64,000 bases of DNA from the NCBI GenBank assembly GCA_965649765.1, contig OZ287757.1:28830001-28894000 (forward strand). Reading direction: 5' to 3'. The stretch is from Bispira polyomma (lineage: Eukaryota). The notes beneath the pieces are model-generated. The model made no database searches and had not been told where the DNA came from. It saw nothing but the letters and a program-made list of their open reading frames with translations. Shown here piece after piece: positions 26,614 to 40,816 of the stretch. Made by a program: the position numbers and the translations under genes. Within the stretch, counting starts at the first letter, position 1, and each line of letters starts with the position of its first letter.

Positions 26614-26893
26614 AGTCCGAAACAAACTGGTCCAAGAAATTCTCTGCGGTTGTGGGAGAATTGTTGGGATGTGTTTGTTCTTCACTATCCACACAGTCCA
26701 AAATATTTTGAAAATCATTATGGGCTGGGTGTTTCACAGAGATATGTCTCTTGAGATAGTCTGGTCTTCTAAAACCCAATTTACAAAACCGACAATAGAT
26801 TCTAAATTCCTGATGTGAACTTCTAATGTGTCTTCTAAGATTACATTTCTTAGAATAATTTTTGTGACAGATTGCACAAGTAAACCACATCAT
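26483..26893 (-). CDS. 136-aa protein with two C2H2 zinc fingers and an acidic Ser/Pro tail, internal to the PLE unit
   Basis: F-x-CAIC-HKNYSKKCNLRRHIRSSH and Y-CRFC-KLGFRRPDYLKRHISVKH; uninterrupted ORF, co-oriented with RT, lying between the RT 3' UTR and the pLTR. Confidence 0.85.
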   Translation of the reverse strand: MMWFTCAICHKNYSKKCNLRRHIRSSHQEFRIYCRFCKLGFRRPDYLKRHISVKHPAHNDFQNILDCVDSEEQTHPNNSPTTAENFLDQFVSDSPAISMHLATPSPQRWGNIVQPKCSFELMEYLETVCGDITPPL

Positions 26894-26999
26894 AAAACTG
26901 TAGTATATTTATAATAATATAGATAACCAATTGTTGAGTGGTTACTACTATACACATAAACTAAGATATGTTTAAAATCAGCCAATTTGTTTATGTTGG

Positions 27000-27120
27000 A
27001 GATGGTGACCAGGTAACTTAGGTGAGTTAAGTGGTGATAATTACATCATAATAGACTGATCGTAGTGTGACGTCATAACGTTGCCTTACGTCAGTGGTGA
27101 CATTGTGATGTCACATTCCC
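27000..27120 (-). promoter_or_regulatory. Putative internal promoter upstream of the zinc-finger ORF (CRE cluster plus X-box-like site)
   Basis: TGACGTCA (~27068), TTACGTCA (~27086) and TGATGTCA (~27106) within 50 bp; GTGACCAGGTAAC at ~27006. Confidence 0.45.
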
Positions 27121-27217
27121 TCATTGTGGGTGTTTTGCCCATGTTTGAGTTGTCCAATATAGGTAAATATAAAAATAGGTACACCTGGGTTATGGGTGTG
27201 ATAAGAGGGCATACAAC

Positions 27218-28225
27218 TCATACAAACATATTGATGCCTGCTGGGTGTATGGTTGGGAAGGCCCAGATTAAATATAATTCCTGGCGTTTACGCCTTTCAG
27301 TGGAATCTGGTGTGTTATCCATTCCCATCCACTGGAAAATGCTGAACTCCATGTGTTTCACAGAATGATTGTTCTGTGTGAAGTGCCTGGAGACAGGAGT
27401 GGATTTGTTTGTCTGGAAGTTTTGAACACTTCTGTAGTGTTCATACATTCTTTGTCTGAATGGTCTTTTTGTTTCTCCAATATATTGGAGGCCACATTTT
27501 GCACAATTTATAATGTAAATTACATTATTTAGTTCACAAGTAATTTTGTGTTTAAGTGGGAGGTTTAAACATTTGAAGACTTTCTTGGTGTTGTAACTGG
27601 TGATATTTTCCAGTTTTTTAATCCTAGGACAATAGGTACATTTGCCCAATCTTGTGCAGACTGGGATATGTGTTTGGGTTTTGGTTGTGTCCTGTTTTGG
27701 TGGGAATAGGACTTTAGCTGAGGTGAGCTTGTCCTTTAAATTGTGTAGTTTCCTATATCCAATTAGTGGTTTTGACTGGAAGATTTTACTTAGTTCTTCA
27801 GTATTTTGGATTATATTCCAATTGCCATTAATTAGTGGATTAACGTGGGGGTTGAAGGGGTTAAACTGTGTGACCATGACTGGTGTGTCAATGGGTTTTT
27901 GTGTGTGCACTGCATTGAGTAGCTCACTTTGTGAGAATTTGTTTGCCCTTTTGTAATGTTTTTTGAGGGAACTAAATGGGTATCCTCTTTTTAAGTAGTA
28001 CCCTGTTAGTTTGTGAGCGTTTTCTTGGAAGTCACTGTCTAACGTACAAATTCTCCTGAGGCGTAAATATTGCCCATAAGGACTTTTATCCAGGACACTT
28101 CTTGGGTGAGCTGAATTAAATGCAAGATACATGTGGGTATCTGTGGGTTTATTGTAGAGAGTTGTGATCAGTTCTCTAGCGGGACTAAACTTGACAGTTG
28201 TGTCAAGAAAGTTAATTTTGTAATG
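27218..28225 (-). pseudogene. PLE RT thumb/linker plus GIY-YIG endonuclease, 5'-truncated
   Basis: Near-identical to the C-terminal ~335 aa of ORF 40817-43237. Confidence 0.92.
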
Positions 28226-31200
28226 ATGGAAAGGATAAATTATAAAGACATTCTTAGGAATATAAAGGAGGAGTCCAAAACAGCTCCTCCTGGTATTCTC
28301 CATAAGGGCAGAACCATGGACAACCTCATTGGACACACTGTCATTAATCTGTCAGATGTGACCCTGAGTGATGACCAGGTCTCGGCACTACAAAAAGGCC
28401 TAACTTTTTGCCCCACACCTGGTCCACCTAACAAATCACAGATTTGGTTAGACTTCAAAGACTTCCATAGAAGACTTTGTCTTAAGTACCACTTCTTTCA
28501 AGACAACAACCTCCTAAATCACTTGGACCAAAGTGAAAACGAGCTAGTTGAATTCTTGGCCTCTAACCTAGATGAATGTGAAAACCCATATAAGGATATT
28601 CATAACCAATTTGTTGATAAAAGCAATTGGAAACCACCAAGGACACACCAGTCACTGGAGATTTTCCATAGAATATTAAAGAAAGTAATTGCCATGTGAC
28701 AGGTTCTAGGGAGATCTGGGGGTTCATTAATACACACACCACCACAGCCTGCCGGCTTTTCATACAGACTCTCAACTGGCTTATGTGTATGTAAAATGTT
28801 AAAGTTTGAAAAGTTCAGTTTCTTGGTGAGATCTAGCTGACTTTGTTTTATTTTAATTTTTTTTTCTTTAGTTCTACTGTTGAGCGTAAAACTTCAGTAT
28901 TATTACTTTCCACTTTAAACATTGTATTTTTTTTTATATGTCATATCGTATATCATTAAACTAAGCAACATATCTATTAGTTTGCAAGTAGCAGGTGCTT
29001 CAGAGACCACATTTATCAAAGGTCTTTAACTCATTTTTAAGCTTAATAAACTAAAGTAACTAACATAATATATAAATAAGAGTTCCTTTTAAATTAAAGA
29101 TAACCTAGAGGGCTGGATTTTGAGTTTTCTCCATCGCTGCCCCTATGTTATGCAATAGACTCCCAGTTGAGCTTAGATCACTAGAAAACTAGAAAACACT
29201 TTCTGGTTAGAAGAAAATTTAAAACATATCTCTTTATATCCACACTCCATCCATACTGCATCTACACCTCACATGCTTTCTTACGACCTGGTTAAGATTT
29301 TTTGATTGGTTCGATTGGTTGATTGATTCTACTGTTGCACTTTAGAAGATGCCTCGCTTCAATAAGGTCCGTTAAAAATGCAAAATACAAGACAATTTGT
29401 CGCTTGTGATTTTAATTGCGCTTACAGCCAGGAGCTCAAATATGCAATTATCACTGTACATTTGTATGTAGAAATATACGCAGCAGATCTGCAATGCAGA
29501 AAATCATGAAGAAATACCATATAATGCTTTCCTCCACCAAATGAACTGCTTGTCAATATATCAAAAAAAGTTGTTGAAAAAAGACGTTAAGGTCCATTCA
29601 TACAGGATGCATCTGGATCGTAGATACGTATAATTTTGACACAAATAAAACAGGGTAAACATTGACACAGAATCCAGGTCCGACGATCCGGTCCATATAA
29701 TATTTACACGGATTTGATTTATAATTTTTGATGGATCCATATCCTTACCAATCACCTGCAAAGTAGCTTGAAAATTTCACATGATTTGGGCCGCATTTTC
29801 TGTCCAGTGTAAGAAGGAAACAGATAATATCTGTTTTAGGATAATTATACGGATCCTGATCCGGATGCGGTCCAGTGGGTTTCTACCTTTAAACTGAAAA
29901 GTAATCAAAGTGTATACAAAGATACACCACGGTATATTTTAAGCAATTTGTTGAGATAAAGTTGAACACCTTTGATAAACATCATTCCTGGCATGTTTAA
30001 CCTCATTGGCAATTACAGGGCAATTTATTAGGCCCAGTAAATGTCCATTGTATATTGTGATAAATAGAAAACTTATAATTGTTCGTATATCAAATTGATT
30101 TCAAGGCAAATATACTGCTTTTCAAGCTTACGTGACAGGTTAAAACACTATGTTAGTTCTGTGATGGTCACAGTTACTTTAATAATAAAACTGTTAAAAA
30201 GCAATGTATTGTGTATATCTTATATTTTAGTTTCAAAGCAATTACGTTGAATTACTTTGAAATGCTGATCAGACAAGTTATAAACATATTCATGTAGTGT
30301 GATAGAAATATTATGTATGCTATGCATACATGTGCATTATGCATAGCACATCATTATATCAAGAACTTTTTTTGTTGTCCATTGGTAAAAAAATGAACCA
30401 ATAAACTGTCATTTCTGTAATCTAGATAAATATGAATTTGTTTTATTATAGTTGTGTTTGCAAGTTAGTCCAATACATTTGAATAGTTTGTAGCAAAATT
30501 TAACCCATTTGACCGGCAATAAAACTATCGCCGGTAACTGAAGGAAGAATTTTTTCAGTAATAAGGTTACAGATAGCTGGAGTTACTAAAACATACTCCA
30601 CAGAATACTTCCAGAATTTAATAATGGCCTTGCAGATAACAGGAGATTCTGCTGTACTATTTCCTGTTGCGAGGACCTGAAGGAAAATAGAATAATATTT
30701 TGTAAGTACCAACAGGTTAAGGGAGTTATGGTATGTTCGACAACCCTTGTGAGTTTGGTAAACACCACTAGTGAGCTCGTAAACACCAACAGTAAACGTT
30801 CTTGAGTTTGTAAACACACAAGGCGTGAATTTCTCTATATCCACATGGTGTTAATATTTATAAAGTAAAAATGTGACACATATAAATAAAAAGTTCAATC
30901 TGTTTTATTTAAATAAATTATAAGGGATAATTATGTTAATAATATTTGATATAAATAATAAAATAAATAATAAAACCAAGCATATCTCTTTAACCATATT
31001 TACTGGCAGCCATTTTTCTAGTATTCTCCGTCAGGGTCACAGATTGGGAGTACTCTGGGAGCTTTCTACTCACAAGCTAAGTTTACCATATATGTGGCCG
31101 GTCTTGGCGTTATTCACACTTGGTTAGTTGGTGAGCACGACTCGTAAGTGGCTTAAGAACGGGTCATAAGAAACACTGTTGGCAACATCAGGCTGACAAC

Positions 31201-31409
31201 ATCAGGCTCAAAAGGATTAAGCAAGGATTGGTGTATAGACTAAGTCATCCATATTATTATTATTATAAATTTTTAACATGCTTTATTGATGCTAGGCATC
31301 TTCTAAACCACAACAGCATAATCATTGGTCCAATCATTAAGTCCATGGACATTGCAAAGTCGTAAGGAAGGAAGTGGGAGCATGCACGAGGGAAACTAAG
31401 GTGGGTAGG

Positions 31410-31600
31410 CAAGATTAAAAAGATAGGTTTTAAGCTTTTTCCTAAAACCGATAAGTGTGTCAACTGATCTGAGGTCGACTGGGAGACTGTTCCATAACTG
31501 TGGAGCTGCAGTAGAGAATGCGCTGAAAACCGCCTTTCTGATTGGTCTGACCGAAGTGACGGAGAGTCTCTTGCCTCTCTTGCGGTTATAATGCTAAAGT
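31410..31600 (-). mobile_element. L2/CR1-clade LINE 3' fragment (mirrored at ~53680-53865, +)
   Basis: Translates to SAFSTAAPQLWNSLPVDLRSVDTLIGFRKKLKTYLF, a typical ORF2 C-terminus. Similar remnants at ~29110-29235 and ~20520-20650. Confidence 0.7.
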
Positions 31601-32749
31601 TTGTCTGACAAACATTTTACAAAACTTGAAGGCAATTGTTCAAACATTTATGTCCAACCATCAAACTTTAAAGTTGTAAACATTCACTAAGTTGATGGCA
31701 AGTTTGGTTATATACCATATAAAGGAATGCTATAACAAAGTTATTCAACAAGCTAATTCATAGGAAAAAAACAACAACATTTGACTGAAGAAATCTAATT
31801 TATTAGACCAAAATTGTATATGACATCAAAAATAACAAACTTTTTAGGAAAATGTCACAATGTAAAAGGTCTGAACTAGTTTTTAACACATTAATTCTAT
31901 ATTCACAATGAAATTGGCACTATCACAGAAAAAAAGAGAACATATTCAGTTTACTTGCCTGGGTACTTACATGTAACATCACAAGGTCAGAGAAACGGGT
32001 AAAATGTACAAATATATACTTAGATAAATTATAAAAAATGTATATAAAAAAGGGAGAAAAATGATATAAGGAACTTAATCTATTAATGAAAAAAGTAAAG
32101 AAAAAGAAAGAAAATAACATACATTAATGCATCAAGTGACATTCAGAACATGTAAACATTCCAATACCTAAAATTTCAACACCAATAGTGCACTAGTAGT
32201 TGCACTATCTTATAGGTATGTAACTGAGTATGGAATACATTGGTTGTTAGAACAGAGGGCAACTATAAACAATTCATCAGATTTTGCACAATTACAAGAG
32301 ATGCAACTTGAATGAACTTGTATGTGTTGCTGTTACACAATTACATAACATTCAATTCCTACGAACTTGTATAATTTACTGTTACACATTTACAACATTC
32401 AACTCCAATGAACGTGCATAATTAGTTGTTACAAAATCTGAATGTTCAATATCAAAGAATGCATAATTAGTTGTCACATTCTAAAACTTCAACTAAAAAA
32501 CAACTCCACACTGCTAACATATATACATTATAAATCCATATGCATTGCACCTCCTAATCTTTTAGAGATCGGGATAATTAGTCAACTGCCGTGTATACTA
32601 TTGTCAGTACACATGCAATATTTGTGCACATGCAGTTTTTGTAGTTTTTTTATGGCCAACTAGTAAGCCATCAGTAAAAATGCACTAGAGATGTTTTATT
32701 GCATTTTTTTACTTCGGGGGTGGGGGGGGGGGGTGGGGGGGGGGGGCAT

Positions 32750-33150
32750 AAGTCACTTTTATACATGTGCATGATGTGTTTATATATTTTGTGGGTGCTC
32801 CTGCACTAGAACCCACATTGAGGCATCACACACACAGGTATCATCAGGGTTTATAAAAGTCAATTACTCGGGATAAAAGTCACTTTTATACATGTGCATG
32901 ATTGGTGTTTATATATTTTGTGGGTGCTCCTGCACTAGAGCCCACATTGAAGCATCACACACACAGGAATCATCAGGGTTTATAAAAGTCAATTACTCGG
33001 GATAATAGTCACTTTTACACATGTGCATGATGTGTTTATATGTTTTGGGGATGCTCCTGCACTAGAACCCACATTGAAGCAACACACACACAGGTATCAT
33101 CAGGGTTTATAAAGTCACTTACTCGGTTACTCAGCATAAAAGTCACTTTT
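32750..33150. repeat. ~123-bp minisatellite (about 3 units; about 4 units in the mirror at ~52000-52530)
   Basis: Repeating AAGTCACTTTTATACATGTGCATGA...GCACTAGAACCCACATTGAAGCATCACACACACAGG. Confidence 0.85.
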
Positions 33151-35458
33151 AGTCCATTCCGGGTACATTGTTCATAGGCAGAACAATGGAGTCTCTCACT
33201 GCACACATAAAATGATGCTCTCTTCTACAATTAACCTTGCTGCACCTCAAAGAATCTCTTGTAGTAAGGCACATTATCTATGTGTGCATTTATAGGTATG
33301 TCTCTTGTTGGTAGATGACTAAAGAAGATCTTATTATAAGTCACTAATAATATACTCTTTTCATATAGTCTGGTATCATCAGCATACAAAACTCCCTCAC
33401 TCGCATACAGACAGTATTTTATCATATATCTAATTGACTCCGTAGATGTATACCAGGTATATCATTCCATATATGAGTTACCACATTCTTTCATCTGAAC
33501 ACATATGTTGGTTCTAGGTAGATATATGTACATGTATATCTTTTCTGTGTTCTATGTACAGTACTTACAAAGTACCTAGATACATGCTCATTTATGTGTA
33601 AATCTGAATATAGATTTAGATTATTTCTTTACGTCACACAAGACAATAGTAATTTTACAGGCTTGTTGGTTGTCACTCATTTAACTCATGGCAATATTAC
33701 CTCAGCTGTGACTTTGGACAATTTTTTGTTTGATATTTAGTTGAGGATTTTTTTTTACTATCTGCAAAGCAACCCATAAAGCCTGTTCTCCATATTGCTG
33801 GTACACATGTATATTTCTCGGATTTATCCATCTGTACTTGTGTAACTGCTTGCAGTACCCAAATGGAGATCACGGTAACTCATGGAGTGTCGAACTTCTG
33901 AGTTCAGTCATCAACACGACCTTTATATTGCACATATCCCAGAAACTTCAAGCAATTTGTTTGTTTGGCCTTATATTCTTGGGTTTCGTTTTTTTTTAGT
34001 TTTTTTTTAATTTTTCTTTTTTTTTTTTGCAAAAATATATATTTTTTTTGCTGTGGTTGTTTAAAGCTGTGTAGTTGTCTTTATATTTAGTCGTTTTCTA
34101 TTCTTTCTTCTTTTGGTTGCGTTTCCTTAACTACTGTTTTTCTTTCTGAAAAGAAACAAATCATAAACATTAGGGTATCATTATGTATATATATATATTG
34201 TCCTGACAGAAACTCCAAATTGACAAGATTTGAAATTCTGTCGACAGAAACTCCAATTGCAATCTCTGTCAACAGAATTTCAAATCTTGTCAGATATATT
34301 TAACATAAATTCCAATTGGAATCTCTGACAGAAATTCAAATCTTCAGTAACATTAAAATAAATTAGTAATAATAATAATATTTATTTATCCAGGATAATA
34401 TTATACAAATCACTGAAGTTAAACAACTTATGGTATGACATTCCTTGCTTTTAAAAAAAGACATAGTAAAGGGTAAAAAAATAATAAGTTCGTGAAATAT
34501 GAATAACAGTTTTCTTTTTTGAAGTTGATCAAAGGTTATTTATGCATTCCAGAGTATTACAGTAGTACCTTAAAATGGCCATAATTGAGTTTTTGCAATT
34601 TACATAACAGAATGACCCTTTTTTAATGCTTTGGAAGCTGAAATGTATCATTCAAAGTTGTGTGAATATGGATCAGAAAACAGAATTTTAATGCAGACTT
34701 TTATAACCTCTTAGATATACATACAAGTAAAGTAAAGCAAACTAAAAAATTTACATTATTGACATTATTAATTTTGGTTTATATCTTTTACCATGTATTA
34801 TGTATTAAATTTTTGTTAAATGTTCATTATAATAACCTTGATCTTAATAAACATGTTTTTATTCCTTGATGTATTTTACAAAGTTTAAATTTTATTAATA
34901 ATGTTTGCATTTCTGTCGACAGAATTTCAAATCTTGTTGACAGGATTTGAAATTCTGTTGACAGAAACTCCAACTGGAACTTCTGTCAAAATTATTGACA
35001 GTATTTGAAATTCTGTCGACAGAAATTCAAATCATGATTAAACATGCACATGGTGAAGAATAAACTAGGATTGGAGTTTCTATCGACAGAGATTCCAATT
35101 GGAGTTTCTGTCGACAGAATTTCAAATCTTGTCAGATTGGAGTTTCTGTCACGACATATATATATATATATATGTATACGTTAAATGAGTCAGTAGGATT
35201 AATTTTACTCATATTCTTAAACAAGAGCACAATAAATGTTATTATCAAATAATACAATACATTAAAAGTGCATATTTTAGCTGGAAGAAATTTTCACTAT
35301 TTTATAATTTTTTAATAAATTTGCTGGAAATAATTTATAATTCAATAGATTATATAATAGAATTAGTCATGTTAAAAATATTAATTATTACACCTTTTTG
35401 GGGGATAAAAGAAATGCCCACTGCCACGAGACAACAAAAAACGACAGTAAAATGAATA

Positions 35459-35621
35459 CAGTAGAACCTCTATTACCCCAACTTCTATTTTCCGAATATT
35501 CAATTTTATGAACTTTTATGAATTTTGTTTCCCTATTGTTTAATACAGGAATGTCTCTTTTATTTTATGACCAAACATAATCATGCTCTCCAAACATGTT
35601 CAGATAATAGAGGTTCTACTG
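35459..35621. mobile_element. Tc1/mariner (pogo/Tigger-like) MITE
   Basis: TA-CAGTAGAACCTCTATT...AATAGAGGTTCTACTG-TA. Relatives at ~24044-24211, ~35895-36065, ~49556-49718, ~58463-58655 and ~58900-59235. Confidence 0.75.
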
Positions 35622-36430
35622 TATATTTACTTTTCTTTCAACAAGTCTAAATACAATGAACTTTCCTAAAGAAACAGGTGACAGTGTTTTATATGACCAA
35701 AAATTGTGACCCTCCTGTGATCAGATGACATCTGCGTAGCTTGATTTCTTATTGAAATATTATTTGATTAAATGGATTTACGGTAGAATACAATAAAGGA
35801 AATTAACATAAAAAAATGATCTCTTTTCAACAGTCTGTACCAGTTACTGTTATATACATGTATTTTGAACTCAGCTGAGCAAGAGTTAAAACTACAGTAG
35901 AACCTCAATTATAAAATTTTCTAAACACAATTTCATACTGCCAAATTTATAGTTTCCTATTGTTTAAAACTACATGTATTACATGTGTATCTATTTTATC
36001 AACCTTCTATTATCTAAACCAAATCTTAAGCTCCCAACATGTTTGGATAATAGAGATTCTTCTGTATTTGTTACAATGGTTGCCTGTTTATAACAACCCT
36101 GATGCTTTGATTGGTATAAATGTGAAAATCACACATATAAATTGCTCAAACTGAAATAAATGCATGAAAATTTGACATCACATGGCACATTATATTGATA
36201 CAACTGCTAAAGTCAAATCTAGCCCGAAAAAAGGTTTGATCGCTATGCGAAGTCGAAAGAACATTTTTTTGTTGTCCAAGTAAAAACTGATTGTAAATTT
36301 GGGCTAGTGAACAAGCAATTTATATCTAAGACTAAGTTCCAGACTAAGACCTTTAGTGAATAGTGAATAGGTTGGACTTCAATGGGTTTCCATTCTGTAC
36401 ATACATATAGATGACTTACTTGGGAGAGTA

Positions 36431-37941
36431 TTAATCAGAAGTGGCATCAGTCAGTATCACCGACTCTGACGTCGATGACACTGAGGCAGAAACCATGCTG
36501 GGTGGAAACAAGCTTTGGGCACCGATGAGTTCTCCCTTCCACCAGTTAGGAAAGTCTTTGTTGAGGACGTTGATGAGGTTTCCTTTAGTAAAGGTCAGGT
36601 CTCCCTCCTGTTCTCCCACAAAGTTACAATTGGCCACCACCTGCTCCACTGTGTGGTCAGAAAAGGGGGAAATATTTGTGTTTAACTTGTAAATATGTGG
36701 GCATAACGGGACTAAAATAGATGTAGTCCATGTCTTCTCAAGTATGATTTTTACTGTACCATCTACGATTTGCATTTACGGTTTGTTTCCTCTTTAGTAA
36801 TTATATGCAGTGGAACCCTATTTAGTCGAACCTGAAGTGACCATAAAAGATTCTTCTACTAACAGAATGTCTACTTCACAGGGTAAATTTTAATTACAAA
36901 TATAGAAATGGGACCTTGAAATAACTCCTACTTCACAGAGTAATTCCACTTATCAGAGTTCTACTTAAAGGGGGTTGACTGTATGTTAACTCGTAAATAT
37001 GTGGGCATAAAGGGAAACAAATATAATGTAGTCCATGTTTCGTCAAGTAGGATTATTTTTCTGCACCATGTAAATTTGCAATTGCAATTTGTTTCCTCTT
37101 TATAAATTACATTGTATATGCAATCGAATCTGAAGGGATCATAAAAATTTCTTCCACTCAATATGGTAATTTTTAATTAGAAATATAGCATCAAAACTTC
37201 TACTACATGTAATTCCTTTTGCGATTGCAATAAAAAATCTGTTCTTAAAGAAAAATTTTACAAAACGCACATAGAAATTGCACAGAATAATATCAAATTG
37301 TTATAATAAATAACATATATACTGGTACAGATATAAGCACACAGTAAGACAAGGCTAACCTTATTACTTGTATTTTTTCTTCTTCAATATAGACCTAATC
37401 ATTTTAGAAGTGACACATCTATGCTCACAAGTCAATTTCAATCCAGGGCAAACATTTTTCTGACTATATTGTCTATTAACTCAAAAGATATATCCCCATT
37501 TAATCATAACCTTTCATCTTAAAATAAGGGATTGAGATTCTAAGGGACAACCTAATTCATTGCTAGCAATGAAGTGGATTTAAAAGTCTTGAAATCTCAG
37601 TTAAAAATCGTATGGAGACCCGGTCTTGGTAGGGGGGGGGGTGTATCGGGAAAGTTGGCAGTAGGCATGCTGAAGGATGGTGATTTGCAAAGCAGAAAAC
37701 CTTGACCAACTACCCTGTTCTGATTTCCTCCACCAGTGAACTGTCCGTTGTGATAGGTGTTGAAAGTGACAATGCACAATAACTACATGCTACACTACAA
37801 AACATCTGTAACTAAAACAATTTGCAACAGAGTTAACAAAAATGCTAATTTAATATGAAATTTTAAAAACTACTTACCAGATCTAGCTGAGTTTGTGGTA
37901 AATAAGCTGACTGGAGTGGTGGTTCTGGCCTGTCCTGTTTC
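36431..37941 (-). pseudogene. SH3-domain gene fragment, left-arm copy (exons 37878-37941 and 36431-36648)
   Basis: Mirror of 47236-48746. Confidence 0.6.
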
Positions 37942-38729
37942 CTGTATGGATACACGACACATGGATAATTTAAATGTGACGTGAAATGTGTGCACTAATA
38001 GTTTATGTAAAATACACTGTAGCAGATTAAAATTTTAGTTATTTGACAAAATGTGACCAGTAGATAATTATATAACATTTCCTAATTTTGGGTTCAGTGC
38101 TACTTTAAGTAAGCTTCTATTTTCTAATTTATGTAAGATTCCAATTAATTGGATCAATATCATGTGGCAGATTCTAAATCAATGTTAAGATTTTTCTAAT
38201 TACTGAAAGAATATCCTACAGAAGAATATGCGAAGATTCGAACTGATGTACAATATTAAATATTATGTAAATTTTTTGATTATATCAAATTCTAAGGTGC
38301 TAGATAAAAAGGTAAATTGAAAATCCCACTGTTAGTTAGTGTCACAAAAAGTTCCAATCATGCTAAAATAAGTTAGAAAGACAGAGTAGAAATTCACTAC
38401 AACTGTCCCAAATATATATTTTCCTATTGCTTTTTATTCAAATCCTCTCTTTTATTATATGAATCTTCTAATATCAAAACAAATTTTTGCTCCCCTAATA
38501 GAGGTTGTACTATACTAAATGTTAATGTTGTTACTTCTATAGCGCCACAATCGATGACCAGGCAGCCTCTGTGGCACACATCCCAATCAGAATGCAAAAG
38601 AATAGTCCAATAGAAGGGAAAGATTTATGATTAGAGTTCAGTCCTAACAAGTAGACAAATGTTAAAATGGAAAAGTGAGTTGAAACTTATCACAAAGTAA
38701 CCAACCAATAAAAAATGTGTGTCGTTGGT

Positions 38730-39742
38730 GGGGGGGGGGGGGGGGGAACCATTAATGTACTTTAACCATAGACTTACACTGTCCGTCATTTTTTGGGGAT
38801 TAATGCAAATTTAAATATTCATATAGATTAATTTCCACTGTCTCAGTGTACAAGTGAAAATAGCTCAAATCAAAATTGTGATATAATTGTGATATAATTT
38901 CCAGTTTATTTTATTTCTCCACAGATTCACACAAAAAAACAGACAAGGGTAAAACATGCTACAGATGTAGACACAAATAAGGTAAAAATAAGACTTACAG
39001 AAAAACATTTAATCATAAAATGTTCTCTGTGGCCTAGCGGTTAGAGTGTCAGACTTTGGATCTGATTAATCTCAGAGCCCCAGTTCAATCCTCTGTAGGC
39101 CTAAAGAGATTACTGTTGGATAAAGTGCTTTACACATAGTTGTCCCTCTCTGCCCAGGTATATACCTGGCCGCTAATGGGTGTTAGTCTTTGTCTGTTGT
39201 ATATGGCAGCACGGCTAGTATGCTTCCTGAGGGAGCTGATACTGAACAATTGGTCGACAAGTAGAAGAACCCAGGCTGAGGGTGTAAACTGTAGAGTCGG
39301 CTGAGACTTCAATAGAGGTGATATCGGACTATAAACCTACACACATTTCACACGTTTACATAATCTTCCTCGGATAATATACACATACATTTCATTTTTG
39401 CTTCTTTAATAAATTCTTTCTGTTGGCTTGCACTGAGTTGGAGCAATTTCTAGTTTATCTTTAATTTGTAATGTGGTGGTGCTCTTCAATATTGACGTTT
39501 CATTCTATGTTATCATACTTACCATATATATTTATATGTCTTGTGTTTTTGTTTTGTTTCTTATTAACGTTGTAGGAGACTAAAAGTCAGAGGAGGAACG
39601 TCGGTTGGTTCCCTGCTAACTATATAAGGCGGTTAACTCACAAATCCAGTGGCAACAAAGTAGGCCCAAAGCCAGGAACCAGCGTGGACTTTTGTACCAG
39701 TGTAAGTCTATGGTTAAAGTACACTAATGGTCCCCCCTCCCC
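38730..39742. mobile_element. ~1-kb non-autonomous DNA transposon with ~45-bp G-tract-ended TIRs and a nested SINE (mirrored at ~45435-46448)
   Basis: GGGGGAACCATTAATGTACTTTAACCATAGACTTACACTG vs CAGTGTAAGTCTATGGTTAAAGTACACTAATGGTCCCCCC. Confidence 0.65.
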
Positions 39743-40752
39743 ATATTAGGGGAAAAACAAATAAATAAAAATCAAACTCAACCACTTTTGGGCCATATTT
39801 ACAAATGTTCTAAGACTGCCGTTCACAGCCACTCATTCCAGTTTGATGGTCTATTTTGATGATACTATACTGGAGCTCTGTTTTATTAGTAAGTCAACAT
39901 GTAATATCCATGACTGCATCAGTCTAACGATTGGATGTTTAAGGACAACTCATTAATGATAGGTTCACAGCATGCCTGTGTCTAAGCTTAACTCAGCTTG
40001 GTAAGAACATTAAAATTTGGTCCCCATTTTCAGCACCCAGCATGCTTCATAAATTATAAAACATGCAGGATTAGGCGATTGGTCCAAAATTGCATCTGGT
40101 GACAATGCATCTTTGTGATTGGTTTTAATCCAGCCCACATCACCCCACTTTCTGCAGACATACATCAGTGAATTACTCCTAAAGTACACAGCTGAACTTG
40201 ACGATATTATTAACACCCACATGAGCCACATGACTAAATATTAAAAAACACAGTTACAAAACAGAAACCTCCACCTACCATACATTATACAATTTAAGAA
40301 CACATATTTATTGACTGAACTTAATTGCAAGCAATAAGCCACTTTATAAATAACAAATAGGTATTGAACAGTATATGTTATCAACTGATAATAAATATTT
40401 GCATATTTCTCATATAATACACTTATGATGTAACTGATCATTTGCACATCATCGTGTTAGCCCAAACATGTATCACAAAATGAATTTAGTTGTTCTAAGC
40501 AGTTAGTTGAATAGTTTCACAATTCTTGAAATTCAATGAATTTAATGATGTTATTCATACCTGCCATTCTATAAGTCGAGGCAAAAATATCAATTATTAC
40601 ACTATTTTTGTGTAACAATAAACACATGGAATAGGAATAATTTGTGTAAAATTAAGTATATATACACAGCCTTTTCGTCCATAGTGTTCTTGATGGCCAG
40701 GAAAATAGTTCATCCGGAAACATAATATTAAAGTAAATCTAGTAGGATTCAG

Positions 40753-40768
40753 ATAAACATTTTAAATT
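40753..40768 (-). repeat. Target-site duplication, copy 2 (inverted)
   Basis: ATAAACATTTTAAATT is the reverse complement of 25428-25443. Confidence 0.85.
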
Positions 40769-40816
40769 TAAAAATAGGTACACCTGGGTTATGGGTGTGA
40801 TAAGAGGGCATACAAC

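Larger units (their letters stand above)
25441..28672 (-). mobile_element. Penelope-like element copy 1: 3'-complete, RT core deleted, 5' segment inverted
   Basis: 25441-26126 matches 44190-44875; 27170-28225 matches 40769-41824 (RT C-term plus GIY-YIG); 28223-28672 is an inverted copy of the RT N-terminus (43231-42783), joined through a shared ATG. Confidence 0.93.
28673..40201 (-). repeat. Left arm of ~11.5-kb inverted duplication
   Basis: Reverse complement of 44979-56606 throughout; mirrored ORFs in the track; scattered SNPs and repeat-copy-number differences. Confidence 0.97.

Noticed and set aside
27218-28699. ORFs 27218-28336 (-) and 28133-28699 (+) as novel chimeric genes
   Set aside because: Their unusual N-termini are antisense read-through across the PLE inversion junction at 28223-28225.
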